Positions 34,270 to 45,065 of a DNA stretch of 64,000 nt are shown piece by piece. Origin of the DNA: Bryobacteraceae bacterium (lineage in GTDB: Bacteria; Acidobacteriota; Terriglobia; Bryobacterales; Bryobacteraceae). The notes under the pieces are model-generated. The model saw only the letters and a list, made by a program, of their open reading frames with translations, did not search any database and was not told the origin of the DNA. The stretch's first letter is position 1, and every line of letters begins with the position of its first letter. The position numbers and the translations under genes were made by a program. The stretch is from assembly GCA_025928545.1 (NCBI GenBank), contig JAICJH010000025.1, positions 482 through 64,481 of the forward strand, in the 5' to 3' direction.

Positions 34270-34470
34270 AGATGGTCTGCGGCGATTCGCCGCCAGACTT
34301 AACAGCTGCTTTCTAATCGCAAGGCAGACATTTGACCACTTACGCGCGTGGCTGGTAACTGCCGGGCAGAATTGAATTTTGCGGCTACTCAGATTCACAT
34401 TGAAATTCGCCGGTTGAATTGCTAGAGTGAGGCGGAAGTAATTGGTCGCAGCACGCGGCAGCTTATTCGC

Positions 34471-34689
34471 ATGGGGAACAGTAAGAACAAGGCATCAAGT
34501 CTGACGCTCTGCACCAAGTGCAGCGGCGAAATCTTCCGTTCCACATTTCGCGGTTTCGGTGAGATTCTGATGTCACCGTTCGTGCTGCCGTTCCGATGCT
34601 CGCGGTGCGGCTGGAGGCAGTTCCGATCCAGCTTCTCCCGTGTGCGGGATAAGAGTGAGTTTCGGCGCGCTGCCAACGACAGAGAGTAA
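34471..34689 (+). CDS. Possible small zinc-ribbon protein (72 aa)
   Basis: Two CxxC pairs (CTKCSG ... CSRCGW). GC3 is about 70% despite an AT-richer surrounding. No obvious SD. Confidence 0.4.
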   Translation: MGNSKNKASSLTLCTKCSGEIFRSTFRGFGEILMSPFVLPFRCSRCGWRQFRSSFSRVRDKSEFRRAANDRE

Positions 34690-34819
34690 GTGCCGAGCTA
34701 CGTCTGTCGTTGACGGACGGAAATTAGTCCTGAAACTTACTAAGCACCGTTATTGGAAGACAAAAACAGACGAGAACTTTATAAGTAGACTGGTGCGTCC
34801 GCGTACTATCACAAACTCC

Positions 34820-34849
34820 TTGACCGATGCAACTCTAAATTGTTAGAAT
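34820..34849 (+). promoter_or_regulatory. Sigma-70-like promoter TTGACC-N18-TGtTAGAAT
   Basis: -35 TTGACC at 34820-34825. Extended -10 TGT TAGAAT at 34841-34849. It faces the 104-aa ORF and thiC. Confidence 0.45.
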
Positions 34850-34912
34850 CAGCACATTCTGCCCGTTGGGCCGGGCATTTATGTCAAGCGGCTGAGGAAA
34901 AGGGGAATTCCA

Positions 34913-35227
34913 ATGAAGACAGTATCGCGGGACCGAACATACGTCGATTACACGATCGATCAGGTTGGTGTCCGGGTTCGTAGGAGTATATGCCGGCCGA
35001 TCAGCCTGCACCGGGGCCGCTGGATCGAATACGGCGTCCCCTATTCGATTCCGGTGGATGAAGGCCAGCTGCTTTCGACAAAGACGGGAATCTCAACTCT
35101 GGCATCCAACGTCAGGCGCGTGGAAGAATCCGCCGCCGATTCGGTGGAAGGCGGGGAATTGCGGCGCCTCATTGTGGGCGAGATGGAATTCGATGACGCA
35201 GTTTCCGGCTCTCTGGTTTGCGCATGA
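34913..35227 (+). CDS. Hypothetical 104-aa protein immediately upstream of thiC
   Basis: The ATG is preceded by GAGGAAAAGGGG. GC3 is about 65%. The promoter-like element lies 60 nt upstream. No family recognised. Confidence 0.45.
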   Translation: MKTVSRDRTYVDYTIDQVGVRVRRSICRPISLHRGRWIEYGVPYSIPVDEGQLLSTKTGISTLASNVRRVEESAADSVEGGELRRLIVGEMEFDDAVSGSLVCA

Positions 35228-35250
35228 GGAGTCCACCCGATACCGAGTAG

Positions 35251-36669
<1,419 letters not shown>

Positions 36670-36677
36670 GATCCGGT

Positions 36678-37271
36678 ATGCGGGTTGGCGCCGGAGTTTT
36701 GTTGCTGGCGGGCTCGATGATCCTGACGGCGCAAACGCGCCTGGTTTCCGTTGTTATCGAAACCAGCATGGGCGTTATCGAGGCGGAGATCGATACGGCT
36801 CATGCGCCGATCACCGCGGCGAACTTCCTGAAATATGTGGACGCCGGACGGTATACGGGCGGGCAGTTTCATCGCACAGTCAAGCCGGATAATCAACCGA
36901 ACAATGCGGTGAAGATCGAGGTGATTCAGGGCGGGGCACCCGCGGGGGCTCCGGAATTTCCGGCGATTCCTCTGGAGCGGACGTCGGTGACCGGGCTTCT
37001 TCACCGTGACGGAACGCTGTCGATGGCTCGGGACGGTCCGGATACGGCTACTTCAGATTTCTTCATTTGTCTCGGGGACCAGCCGTCGCTTGATTTCGCG
37101 GGCAAGAGGAATCCGGACGGGCAGGGGTTTGCGGCGTTTGGGCGGGTGGTCAAAGGTATGGATGTGGTGCGGACGATTCAGAGGGCGCCCGCTGAGGAGC
37201 AGAGGCTCAATCCGCCGGTGCGGATACTGCGAATCGTTCGTAAAAAGGAATGCGGCCGTGAGCCGGCTTAG
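36678..37271 (+). CDS. Cyclophilin-type peptidyl-prolyl cis-trans isomerase (secreted)
   Basis: Signal peptide, then APITAANFLKYVDAGRYTGGQFHRTV ... FAAFGRVVKGMDVV. Confidence 0.92.
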   Translation: MRVGAGVLLLAGSMILTAQTRLVSVVIETSMGVIEAEIDTAHAPITAANFLKYVDAGRYTGGQFHRTVKPDNQPNNAVKIEVIQGGAPAGAPEFPAIPLERTSVTGLLHRDGTLSMARDGPDTATSDFFICLGDQPSLDFAGKRNPDGQGFAAFGRVVKGMDVVRTIQRAPAEEQRLNPPVRILRIVRKKECGREPA

Positions 37272-38947
37272 ACCTTTGCGGCGCGAACTAACTCTTCAGC
37301 GTTTCGCAGCGCTTCCGGCGTGAGCAGTTCCCCGCTCAGCATCCGGCCGATTTCTTCTGTGCTGGCGCGGGCATCGAGCTCCGACATCTCGGCAATTGTG
37401 CGGCCGTTGCGCTCGAACTTCCCCACCACATAATGGTGATCGGCGAAGCAGGCGATTTGCGGCAGATGGGTTACACAGATCACCTGATTCTCCGCTGCCA
37501 GGCCTTTGAGGCGGCGGGCGACTCCCTCGGCGGCGCGGCCTCCGATGCCGGTATCGATCTCATCAAAGACCAGGGTGCGCGGAGGAGCAGCGCCTGCGTG
37601 GCCGGCCGGGCCTACAAGGCAGGTCTTCAACGCCAGCGCGATACGCGAGAGTTCTCCGCCGGAAGCAATGCGCTCCATCGGCTTCGGTTCCTCGCCGACG
37701 TTGGCTGAAACGAGAAACTGAACGCGATCCGCGCCAGTTTCGCTCCATTCCGCGGCAGGTTCGACGGTGACGCGAAAAACGGTGCGCTCCATGGCGAGGG
37801 GTTTTAATTCCTGCTCGACGCGCTGGCCCAGTTGCGTCGCGGCGGACTTCCGGCGAGCGGTTAGATCGGCAGCCGCCTTTTCATATTCCGCAGCCATGCG
37901 GGTTTGTTCGCGGCGGAGTTCACCGAGACGTTCGCCGGCGGTTTCGACGTCGCTCAGTTTGCGTGTGACATCGTCCAGGAACGTCAGGATTTCATCCACC
38001 GAAGTTCCGTACTTGCGCTTGAGCTTATCGAGTGCGGCGAGGCGATTTTCGATTTCTTCGAGCCTGGCCGGGTTTGCTTCCATGCGGCCCAGATAATCGC
38101 GGAGGGAGTAGGAAACGTCCTGCATGGCGATCAGGGCGGGCTCCAGGGCCAGTCGAACCGGTTCCATGGTGGCATCGATACGCGCGAGTTCGTCTAATTT
38201 CTTGGCGACTGCGCGGGCGGTTGTCCATGCGGATTCGGGAGCTTCGTAGAGAGCTTCGTAAGCCGCACCCGCGGTTTCCAGCAGCTTGCCCGCATTTTGC
38301 TGGACGCGTCGCTCAGCCTCCAGTTCGGCGTCTTCTCCCGGACGGAGAGACGCTCCTTCGATTTCCTTGCGCTGAAACTGCCAGAGGTCGAGCAGGCGGG
38401 CCTTCTCCTGTTCGGAGCCCTCCAATTGTGCGATTTCGACCGTAGAGCGTTTCCAGGCCGAGAAGAGTTCGCGGACCTTGCCGCGAAGGTCGCGGGTTCG
38501 CCCGAAGGCATCGAGCATGGCAAGCTGCGCGGTGGGTTCGAAGAGCAGTTGCTGATCGTGCTGGCCGTGGATATCGCCGAGATGGGGCGCCAGATCCTTT
38601 AATACCGCAACAGTTGAAGGACGGCTGTTGACGAACACGCGGCTTTTGCCGGTGGAAAGGATTTCGCGCTCAATGAGCAGTTCGCCGTCTTCCGTTTCAA
38701 AACCGGCTGCCGCCAGCACCTTCGCGGCGCGTTCGCCGGCATCGAAAACTCCGGAAACACGGGCGCGCTCCTGGCCGGAGCGAATCATATCGGCAGAGGC
38801 GCGGCCGCCCAGTAACAGGCCCAGAGCGTCAACGACGATGGATTTGCCGCTGCCGGTTTCTCCGGTAAGCAGATTCAGGCCATTGTGAAAGCGCACGCGG
38901 AGGCGGTCGACCACGGCATAATTCTCGACCACCAATTCGTGCAGCAT
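37268..38947 (-). CDS. recN: DNA repair protein RecN
   Basis: MLHELVVENYAVVD ... LTGETGSGKSI (Walker A), a long coiled coil, and the C-terminal FDEIDTGIGG signature. Confidence 0.97.
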   Translation of the reverse strand: MLHELVVENYAVVDRLRVRFHNGLNLLTGETGSGKSIVVDALGLLLGGRASADMIRSGQERARVSGVFDAGERAAKVLAAAGFETEDGELLIEREILSTGKSRVFVNSRPSTVAVLKDLAPHLGDIHGQHDQQLLFEPTAQLAMLDAFGRTRDLRGKVRELFSAWKRSTVEIAQLEGSEQEKARLLDLWQFQRKEIEGASLRPGEDAELEAERRVQQNAGKLLETAGAAYEALYEAPESAWTTARAVAKKLDELARIDATMEPVRLALEPALIAMQDVSYSLRDYLGRMEANPARLEEIENRLAALDKLKRKYGTSVDEILTFLDDVTRKLSDVETAGERLGELRREQTRMAAEYEKAAADLTARRKSAATQLGQRVEQELKPLAMERTVFRVTVEPAAEWSETGADRVQFLVSANVGEEPKPMERIASGGELSRIALALKTCLVGPAGHAGAAPPRTLVFDEIDTGIGGRAAEGVARRLKGLAAENQVICVTHLPQIACFADHHYVVGKFERNGRTIAEMSELDARASTEEIGRMLSGELLTPEALRNAEELVRAAKV

Positions 38948-39119
38948 CCGTTGAAATTATAGGGTATCTCTGGCGCAAGAGTCTCGCGATCTTTGCGCGC
39001 GCGGTCCACAATGGATAAGTGAGGCTCGGGATTTCTGCAATTGTGCAGTGGCAGAATAAGTGCTGAACCACGCTGTTATTGTTGCGTTTGCATGATAGAT
39101 TGGAAGTTTAGGAGACATA

Positions 39120-39803
39120 TTGCAGGGTCCGTTCGCGGCACTGATACTTCAAACAGGCATTTTGGAATTCATCAAGCAGGGCACGGTGTTCACGTTCGCC
39201 GTGCTCGGGGTTCTGGCGTGTTTCTCCGTTATTTCGTTGGCAATCGCACTTTCGAAATGGATGTCATTCGCGGTGGCCGGGCGTCTGGACTCCAAATTCG
39301 TTCGCGCGTTCCGAAAGGCCAGCTCTCTCGATTCCATGGTGACGGCAGCTGAAAGCTTTCGGCCAGCTCCGCTGGTGTCGATTTTCGAGGACGCTTACGC
39401 CGAGGTTTACCGGCAGGGGCGTTCGCCGGGTGGTGTTTCCAACATTCAGGCGATTTCACGCATCCTGCAGGTTGGTGTCAATGAACAGTTGTCGCGTTTT
39501 GAACAGAACCTGAACTGGCTGGCGACGATCGCTTCGGTGTCACCGTTTATCGGGCTTTTCGGCACGGTCATGGGAATCGTGCGGGTTTTTAACAATCTGG
39601 GCGGTGCCGGCAGCACGAGTCTGACGTCAGTCGGCCCCGGCGTTTCCGATGCTCTGGTAGCTACAGGAGTCGGCTTGATTGCCGCCATTCCAGCGGCGAT
39701 TTTTTATAATATTTTCGGTCGCAAGCTCAAAGAGATGGGCGACCGTTTCGATAATTTCTCGCTCGAATTCCTGAATATGGTCGAGCGGCCTGCGGGCGAA
39801 TGA
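39120..39803 (+). CDS. tolQ: Tol-Pal system protein TolQ (MotA/TolQ/ExbB proton channel)
   Basis: TTG after AGGAGA. 3 TM. LATIASVSPFIGLFGTVMGI signature. First gene of the tolQRAB-pal-cpoB cluster. Confidence 0.9.
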   Translation: MQGPFAALILQTGILEFIKQGTVFTFAVLGVLACFSVISLAIALSKWMSFAVAGRLDSKFVRAFRKASSLDSMVTAAESFRPAPLVSIFEDAYAEVYRQGRSPGGVSNIQAISRILQVGVNEQLSRFEQNLNWLATIASVSPFIGLFGTVMGIVRVFNNLGGAGSTSLTSVGPGVSDALVATGVGLIAAIPAAIFYNIFGRKLKEMGDRFDNFSLEFLNMVERPAGE

Positions 39804-39819
39804 GAAGGGGGGCTCTCTC

Positions 39820-40248
39820 ATGGCGTTCAATGTGACGAACGGAATCGGCAGGCGCTCGCGAGGGCTGCCGTCGATGGCGGACATCAACGTCACGCCATTT
39901 GTTGATGTCGTTCTTGTATTGCTCATCATCTTTATCATCACGGCGCACGTCATGGATTATGGGGTCGAAGTGAATGTGCCGAAGACGAAGACTGTGGCAT
40001 CGAGCGACAAGGATTTGCCAGTGGTAACGCTTTCAGCCAAGAGCGAGCTTTCTCTTGGGAATACGCCGGTGAAGCTCGTGGATCTGGTTTCGGCTATCCA
40101 CTCGCGCTTTCCCGGGCAAACGGACGTCTATGTTCGCGCGGATGAAAAAATTCCATACGGTCAGGTGATGCAGGTCAATGCCGAACTGGGTGCGGCGAAG
40201 TTCAATATCAAGCTGGTGACGCAGGCGGACAGCAACGGGCGTCGCTAA
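39820..40248 (+). CDS. tolR: TolR (ExbD/TolR family)
   Basis: INVTPFVDVVLVLLIIFIIT TM with the conserved Asp. 142 aa. Confidence 0.9.
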   Translation: MAFNVTNGIGRRSRGLPSMADINVTPFVDVVLVLLIIFIITAHVMDYGVEVNVPKTKTVASSDKDLPVVTLSAKSELSLGNTPVKLVDLVSAIHSRFPGQTDVYVRADEKIPYGQVMQVNAELGAAKFNIKLVTQADSNGRR

Positions 40249-40260
40249 ACACGCTAAAGC

Positions 40261-41028
40261 ATGTCTCACACAATGCCACAACCGGATCCGCTCGGTAAAT
40301 ACGTTGCCGGATCGCTTGCCCTGCATGCGGCGGTGGCCGGACTGGTATTGCTGTCGGGCTTGTGGAAGTTTTCAGGCAACACGTGGGGGGCGCAGCACGC
40401 ATCTTCGGGATCGGTGGGCGTGACGATGGTGAGTTCGATTCCGATCCCGCGCAGGGAAGCGCCGGAGAATCCGCTGGCCAACGATTCGGAGTCGAACGTT
40501 CCGCAGGCGCCGGCGCCGGTCAAGGCACAGCCGCAGGTGAAGGCTCCGGAACCGAAGGCTATTCCGATTCCGGACAAACTGCGGAAACTTTCGCCCAAAG
40601 AACAATCGCACACTGTTTACCGGCCGCCTGCCCAGCAGTATCGGGCCAATCAGGTTTATTCGCCGGCTCCGCAGGCGATGAGTTCGAAGATGTACGGGAT
40701 ACAGGGAGCGGCCGGCATCGACGTCGGCCCGGCCAGCGTGCTGGGCTTCAAATTCGGCCTGTATGTGGATTTGATGCGGCAGAAAATTTCCAGCAACTGG
40801 AATACGGCCGACGTGCGGGCGGCGGCTTCGCAGCGCGCGGGTGTGACGTTCACGATCGCGCGAAGCGGCGCCATCAGCAATGTGAGACTGACTCATCCCA
40901 GCGGCAGCGTTCCGCTGGATCTTTCGGCGCAGCGGGCTGTGGCCGATGCCAACCCGCTCCCGGCCCTGCCGGCGGATTTCGATAAGAGTGAAGCAACTGT
41001 GGAACTATGGTTTCAGCTGAAACAGTGA
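40261..41028 (+). CDS. TolA/TonB-family energy transducer
   Basis: N-terminal TM, a Pro-rich linker (APAPVKAQPQVKAPEPKAIPIP), and a TonB_C-like C-terminus. Its position between tolR and tolB argues for TolA. Confidence 0.8.
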   Translation: MSHTMPQPDPLGKYVAGSLALHAAVAGLVLLSGLWKFSGNTWGAQHASSGSVGVTMVSSIPIPRREAPENPLANDSESNVPQAPAPVKAQPQVKAPEPKAIPIPDKLRKLSPKEQSHTVYRPPAQQYRANQVYSPAPQAMSSKMYGIQGAAGIDVGPASVLGFKFGLYVDLMRQKISSNWNTADVRAAASQRAGVTFTIARSGAISNVRLTHPSGSVPLDLSAQRAVADANPLPALPADFDKSEATVELWFQLKQ

Positions 41029-41041
41029 TGCGGGAAAGCAA

Positions 41042-42418
41042 ATGAAGAAATCCATTATTATCGGGGCCTCGCTCATTGGCAGCCTGACGGTTGCGCTGCT
41101 GTTCGGGCAGGATATCAAGGTCAACATCGTTGGCGCGGGCGGAAAACCGGCACTGGCAGTTGTCGATTTCCGCGGTGCGGGTGCGGCGCAGGGTTTCATG
41201 GCGGCGTTCAACACAACGCTGATGAACGATTTGCAGGATTCCGCCTTGTTCGATCTGCGGCCGAAAAGCTTCTTTCCGGCGGGTAATCCTCAGCAACCGA
41301 GCGATCTTCGTCCGGAAGACGCCGGCGCCGGCTTTGCGCTGAAGGACTGGTCCGGGGCGCCTGTGAACGCGTCCCATCTGGTGTTTGGTTACACGGCTGT
41401 GGTGAACGGTCTTTTTGTTCTCTACGGGAATGTTTACGACACCCGGCAGGCGGATCCGCAGGCGGCAAAACTCTTCGCGCAGACTTATCCCGACTCGCCG
41501 GATCAGGCCGGAGCTATTCGCGCCGCGCATAAGTTCGCCAGCGATATTATCCAGAAGTTCGGTGGCTCAGGCTCGCTGCTGAACAGCCGTATCTATTTCA
41601 CATCGAATCGCGGTGGATCAGGACCTAACGGAACGGAAATCTGGGTAATGGATTGGGACGGCTCGAATCAGCGGCAGTTGACGTCGCTCAGAGGGCAAAT
41701 TGCATACCTCGCGATTGCGCCCGATGCCTCGCGCCTGGCATTCACGATTTGGCCGGGTTCGGGCGATCCGCGTCCGCGTATCGGCATGGTGAGCGCCGAA
41801 ACGGGCCGAAGTCTGCCGTTCTATAACCAGGCGGCGTCGGTCAACGCGTCGGCAAATTTCACGCCGGATGGCACCAGGATTTTCTATTCCTCGACCGCCA
41901 GTGGCAGCGCGCAGATATACAGCGCCGGGGTGGACGGGCAGGGTTTTACGCGAATTACCGATACGAAGGGCGGTCCCACCGAACCGAAAGTGAATCCGAA
42001 GAATCCCGATTCGCTGTTGTTCTCTCAGGGGTTTCCAATTGAACAGATTTACCGGATGAATTCGGAAGGCGCGGGCATTGAGCGGGTGACGAACGGCGAG
42101 GGTGAGGCTGCGAACCCGGCCTGGAGTCCGGACGGCAAATTCGTGGCGTTTGCCTGGACCCGTGGGTATCAATCGGGCAAATTTAATATCTTTGTGATGG
42201 AAAGTGGTTCGCCACAAAAATTCAATCAGTTGACGCACGGCGAGGGCAACGAGCGCAATGAGAATCCGGTATGGGCGCCGGACGGCAAGCACATTGTTTT
42301 TATGCGGACGCCGAATCGCGGCACGCCGCAGATATTTTCCATGCTTGCGGATGGCACGCAGGTGAAGCAGTTAACAACGCAGGGTAGTAACAAATATCCG
42401 GTGTGGGGAGTGAAATAG
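41042..42418 (+). CDS. tolB: Tol-Pal system beta-propeller protein TolB
   Basis: Signal peptide, TolB N-terminal domain, and PD40 repeats (NPAWSPDGKFVAF, NPVWAPDGKHIVF). Confidence 0.93.
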   Translation: MKKSIIIGASLIGSLTVALLFGQDIKVNIVGAGGKPALAVVDFRGAGAAQGFMAAFNTTLMNDLQDSALFDLRPKSFFPAGNPQQPSDLRPEDAGAGFALKDWSGAPVNASHLVFGYTAVVNGLFVLYGNVYDTRQADPQAAKLFAQTYPDSPDQAGAIRAAHKFASDIIQKFGGSGSLLNSRIYFTSNRGGSGPNGTEIWVMDWDGSNQRQLTSLRGQIAYLAIAPDASRLAFTIWPGSGDPRPRIGMVSAETGRSLPFYNQAASVNASANFTPDGTRIFYSSTASGSAQIYSAGVDGQGFTRITDTKGGPTEPKVNPKNPDSLLFSQGFPIEQIYRMNSEGAGIERVTNGEGEAANPAWSPDGKFVAFAWTRGYQSGKFNIFVMESGSPQKFNQLTHGEGNERNENPVWAPDGKHIVFMRTPNRGTPQIFSMLADGTQVKQLTTQGSNKYPVWGVK

Positions 42419-42421
42419 ATC

Positions 42422-43234
42422 ATGCAGAGTGCTTCGTTTCGAAATCGTTACCTGTTGCTGACTGCTTCGGCTGTGGCGGCACTGGCCCTATTCGCGGCCG
42501 GATGCAAGAAGCCTAGAGTGCTGCCGGGACCTCCTACCCCTCCGATAGCCAATAATTCGACTCCGGCCAATACACCCAACCCTCCCGGACTCCCGACGGC
42601 AACCCTGACCGCTGAACCGAACCGGATCGAGATTGGACAAACGGCGAATCTGAGCTGGACCACGACGAATGCGAATGATGTCTCGATCAGCAACGGTGTC
42701 GGCACGGTCGCAGCCACTGGCAGACAATCGGTGAGTCCGACTGAGACGACAACGTACACATTGACGGCGCTGGGCCCGAATGGCCGGACGACGGCGACCG
42801 CAACGGTAACGATCACATCGCCGCCACCACCGCCGGCTCCCGAACAGAGACGGCCCAACACGATGGGTACGCTCGAATCCCGCGTGCAGAGCGATCTGAA
42901 AGACGCATATTTCGATTACGATGCGGTGAGCATTCGTGAAGACGCGCGGACCGCATTGCTGGCCGATGCGGACGCCCTGAAGCGCATCTTCCAGGATTTC
43001 CCCAACGCGACGATTAACGTGGAAGGCCACTGCGACGAGCGCGGATCGGCTGAATATAACCTTGGCCTGGGCGATCGTCGCGCGTCGGCAGCGCGTGATT
43101 TGCTGGTTCAGTTGGGCGTGCCGGCGGCAAAACTGCGAACCATCAGCTATGGCAAGGAACGTCCGCAATGCACGGAAGCGGACGAGGCCTGCTACCAGAA
43201 GAACCGGCGGGCGCATCTGTCGGCCGGTCAGTAG
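42422..43234 (+). CDS. pal: Peptidoglycan-associated lipoprotein Pal (OmpA family) with an extra N-terminal Thr-rich beta domain
   Basis: Lipobox LFAAGC. OmpA_C core NATINVEGHCDERGSAEYNLGLGDRRASAARDLL. A ~100-aa insert (LSWTTTNANDVSISNGVG...TYTLTALGPNG). Confidence 0.9.
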   Translation: MQSASFRNRYLLLTASAVAALALFAAGCKKPRVLPGPPTPPIANNSTPANTPNPPGLPTATLTAEPNRIEIGQTANLSWTTTNANDVSISNGVGTVAATGRQSVSPTETTTYTLTALGPNGRTTATATVTITSPPPPPAPEQRRPNTMGTLESRVQSDLKDAYFDYDAVSIREDARTALLADADALKRIFQDFPNATINVEGHCDERGSAEYNLGLGDRRASAARDLLVQLGVPAAKLRTISYGKERPQCTEADEACYQKNRRAHLSAGQ

Positions 43235-43273
43235 CCGCGGGACAATAGCAACAGGACATCAGGAGAAAACGAT

Positions 43274-44194
43274 ATGCGCTTCACACGTTACATGCCGTCC
43301 GCGGCTTTAATTGGAACGCTGCTTCTGCCATTCTCCGCTCCGGCGGCGGATAAAGAAATGTTATCTCTGCAGCGCGACGTCGCCGACCTGCAGCAGCAGG
43401 TCTCCAATCTTCAGAAATCTCTGCTCGATCCGCAGACCGGATCGATAGCGGCGCTCCAGAAGATGGTGCAGCAGGAACTCGATACAGCTAACAAGACAAG
43501 CAGCACCGTGAATAGTCTGAGTTCCGGAATGCTTCAGAATCTGCAGGCCGGGCTAAAAGGCTTGAGCGATCAGTTGGCCACTGTGGCTGGCCTTTCCACC
43601 AAGGTCGGCAACGTTTCGGACGATGTTTCGAACCTGCAGGGCACTATGAAGGATCTGCAGGTAACTGTGAACCGGCAGGGACAGATGCTCACCGACATTC
43701 TGAATCAGGTGAAGTTGATCCAGGCTCCGGCCGCTCCTCCGCCTGGATCGGAGGCCGGTGGGGCACCCAGCGCAATCGCTCCGCCGCCATCGGCGACGAA
43801 ACTATTCGGCGACGCTGTGCGCGATCAGGATTCCGGTAACAAGGATCTCGCCCTGCAGGGGTTCAGGGAGTTTCTGCGCCTGTATCCAAACGACCCTAAC
43901 GCCATCCGGGCTCAGTACAATATCGGAAACATTTACTACACCCAGGGGAAGCTCGATGAAGCTGTCAGCGCGCTCGATGCGGCCACTGAACAATATCCGA
44001 AGGACGAAGCCACTACGCCGAGCGCCCTTTACATGAAGGGTCTCGCTCAGATGCAGCAAAAGAAAACGGCTGCTGCCAAAGTGACTTTCCAGGCCGTGAT
44101 TCGCGATTTCCCCCGCAGCCCGGAAGCTGGCCAGGCGCGCACGAAGCTGACATCCCTTGGCGGAGCCGCTCCGGCCCGGAAAGCCCCGCGCTAA
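43274..44194 (+). CDS. cpoB: Tol-Pal system protein CpoB/YbgF
   Basis: Signal peptide, an N-terminal coiled coil (LQRDVADLQQQVSNLQ), and C-terminal TPR (YPNDPNAIRAQYNIGNIYYTQGKLDEA). Confidence 0.88.
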   Translation: MRFTRYMPSAALIGTLLLPFSAPAADKEMLSLQRDVADLQQQVSNLQKSLLDPQTGSIAALQKMVQQELDTANKTSSTVNSLSSGMLQNLQAGLKGLSDQLATVAGLSTKVGNVSDDVSNLQGTMKDLQVTVNRQGQMLTDILNQVKLIQAPAAPPPGSEAGGAPSAIAPPPSATKLFGDAVRDQDSGNKDLALQGFREFLRLYPNDPNAIRAQYNIGNIYYTQGKLDEAVSALDAATEQYPKDEATTPSALYMKGLAQMQQKKTAAAKVTFQAVIRDFPRSPEAGQARTKLTSLGGAAPARKAPR

Positions 44195-44207
44195 GCGCTA
44201 AGCGGCG

Positions 44208-44972
44208 CTAGACCATGTGCATGCCGGCGTCGACAAACATGACGTTGCCGGTGACGCCACGGCCAAGGTCGCTTGCCAGGAACGCAGCCGCATCACCCAC
44301 TTCAGCGGGTTCGGTCAGGCGCTTCATCGGCGCCCATTCTTTCGCGAATTCCATCAGCGACGTCAAATCCTTAACCGCGCGCGCGGAAGCCGTTTTAACC
44401 GCGCCGGCCGAGATCGCATTCACCCGGATATTGCGCGGGCCCAGGTCGGCAGCCAGATAGCGAACGGATGATTCGAGCGCTGCCTTGGCCGTGCCCATCA
44501 CGTTGTAATGGGGCATCACCCGCGTCGCCCCGAGGTATGACAACGTGATGATGGAGCCAAAGTCCGGCATTAGCGGCGTCACCTCGCGGGTCATGGCGAC
44601 CAGCGAATAGGCGCTGATGTTCTGAGCGAGCAGGAAGCCCTCGCGGGACGTTTCGATGAAAGGGTTGCTCAGATCCTCGCGGTTGGCAAAAGCGAGACTG
44701 TGCACCAGGACATTGATCGGGCGATTCAGTTCTTTCAGCCCGGCGCCGAAGCCCTGAATGTCTTCGTCTTTCGCGACATCGAGCGGCAGCATCTTCAGTA
44801 CCGGCATGCCCCCCGTGATCGATTCAATCGTTTCCTTTTGCTTTTCGTTCACATAGGTGAGCACGAGCGATGCGCCCTCTCGGCTGAACGACTGAGCGAT
44901 TGCGTATGCGAGGCTCCACCTGTTTGCGATGCCGGCGATGACCGCCGTCTTACCCTGCAGTATTCCTGACAT
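44208..44972 (-). CDS. fabI: Enoyl-[acyl-carrier-protein] reductase (NADH) FabI
   Basis: LQGKTAVIAGIANRWSLAYAIA ... the SYLGATRVMPHYNVMGTAKAALE catalytic Tyr/Lys context. Confidence 0.95.
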   Translation of the reverse strand: MSGILQGKTAVIAGIANRWSLAYAIAQSFSREGASLVLTYVNEKQKETIESITGGMPVLKMLPLDVAKDEDIQGFGAGLKELNRPINVLVHSLAFANREDLSNPFIETSREGFLLAQNISAYSLVAMTREVTPLMPDFGSIITLSYLGATRVMPHYNVMGTAKAALESSVRYLAADLGPRNIRVNAISAGAVKTASARAVKDLTSLMEFAKEWAPMKRLTEPAEVGDAAAFLASDLGRGVTGNVMFVDAGMHMV

Positions 44973-45065
44973 GAATTATCAGCGTAGCGCAGTGCCTGGC
45001 GGCCTGGCGCGGCGAGGTTCCGTGGATATGCGCGCGCCCCGGTTTTTCCCTTGTATCCGGCGGGT

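Noticed and set aside
33310-34398. 362-aa ORF on the minus strand
   Set aside because: It is antisense to the DUF1080 gene. The translation is Arg/His-rich. Shadow ORF.
34925-35040. THI-box-like string on the minus strand (GGUGCAGGCUGAUC...ACCC...AACCUGAUCGAUCGUGUAAUCGACGUAUG)
   Set aside because: It is on the wrong strand relative to thiC. CUGAGA is replaced by CUGAUC and the closing CGNAGGGA is missing. No minus-strand gene lies downstream. It falls inside the plausible 104-aa plus-strand ORF.
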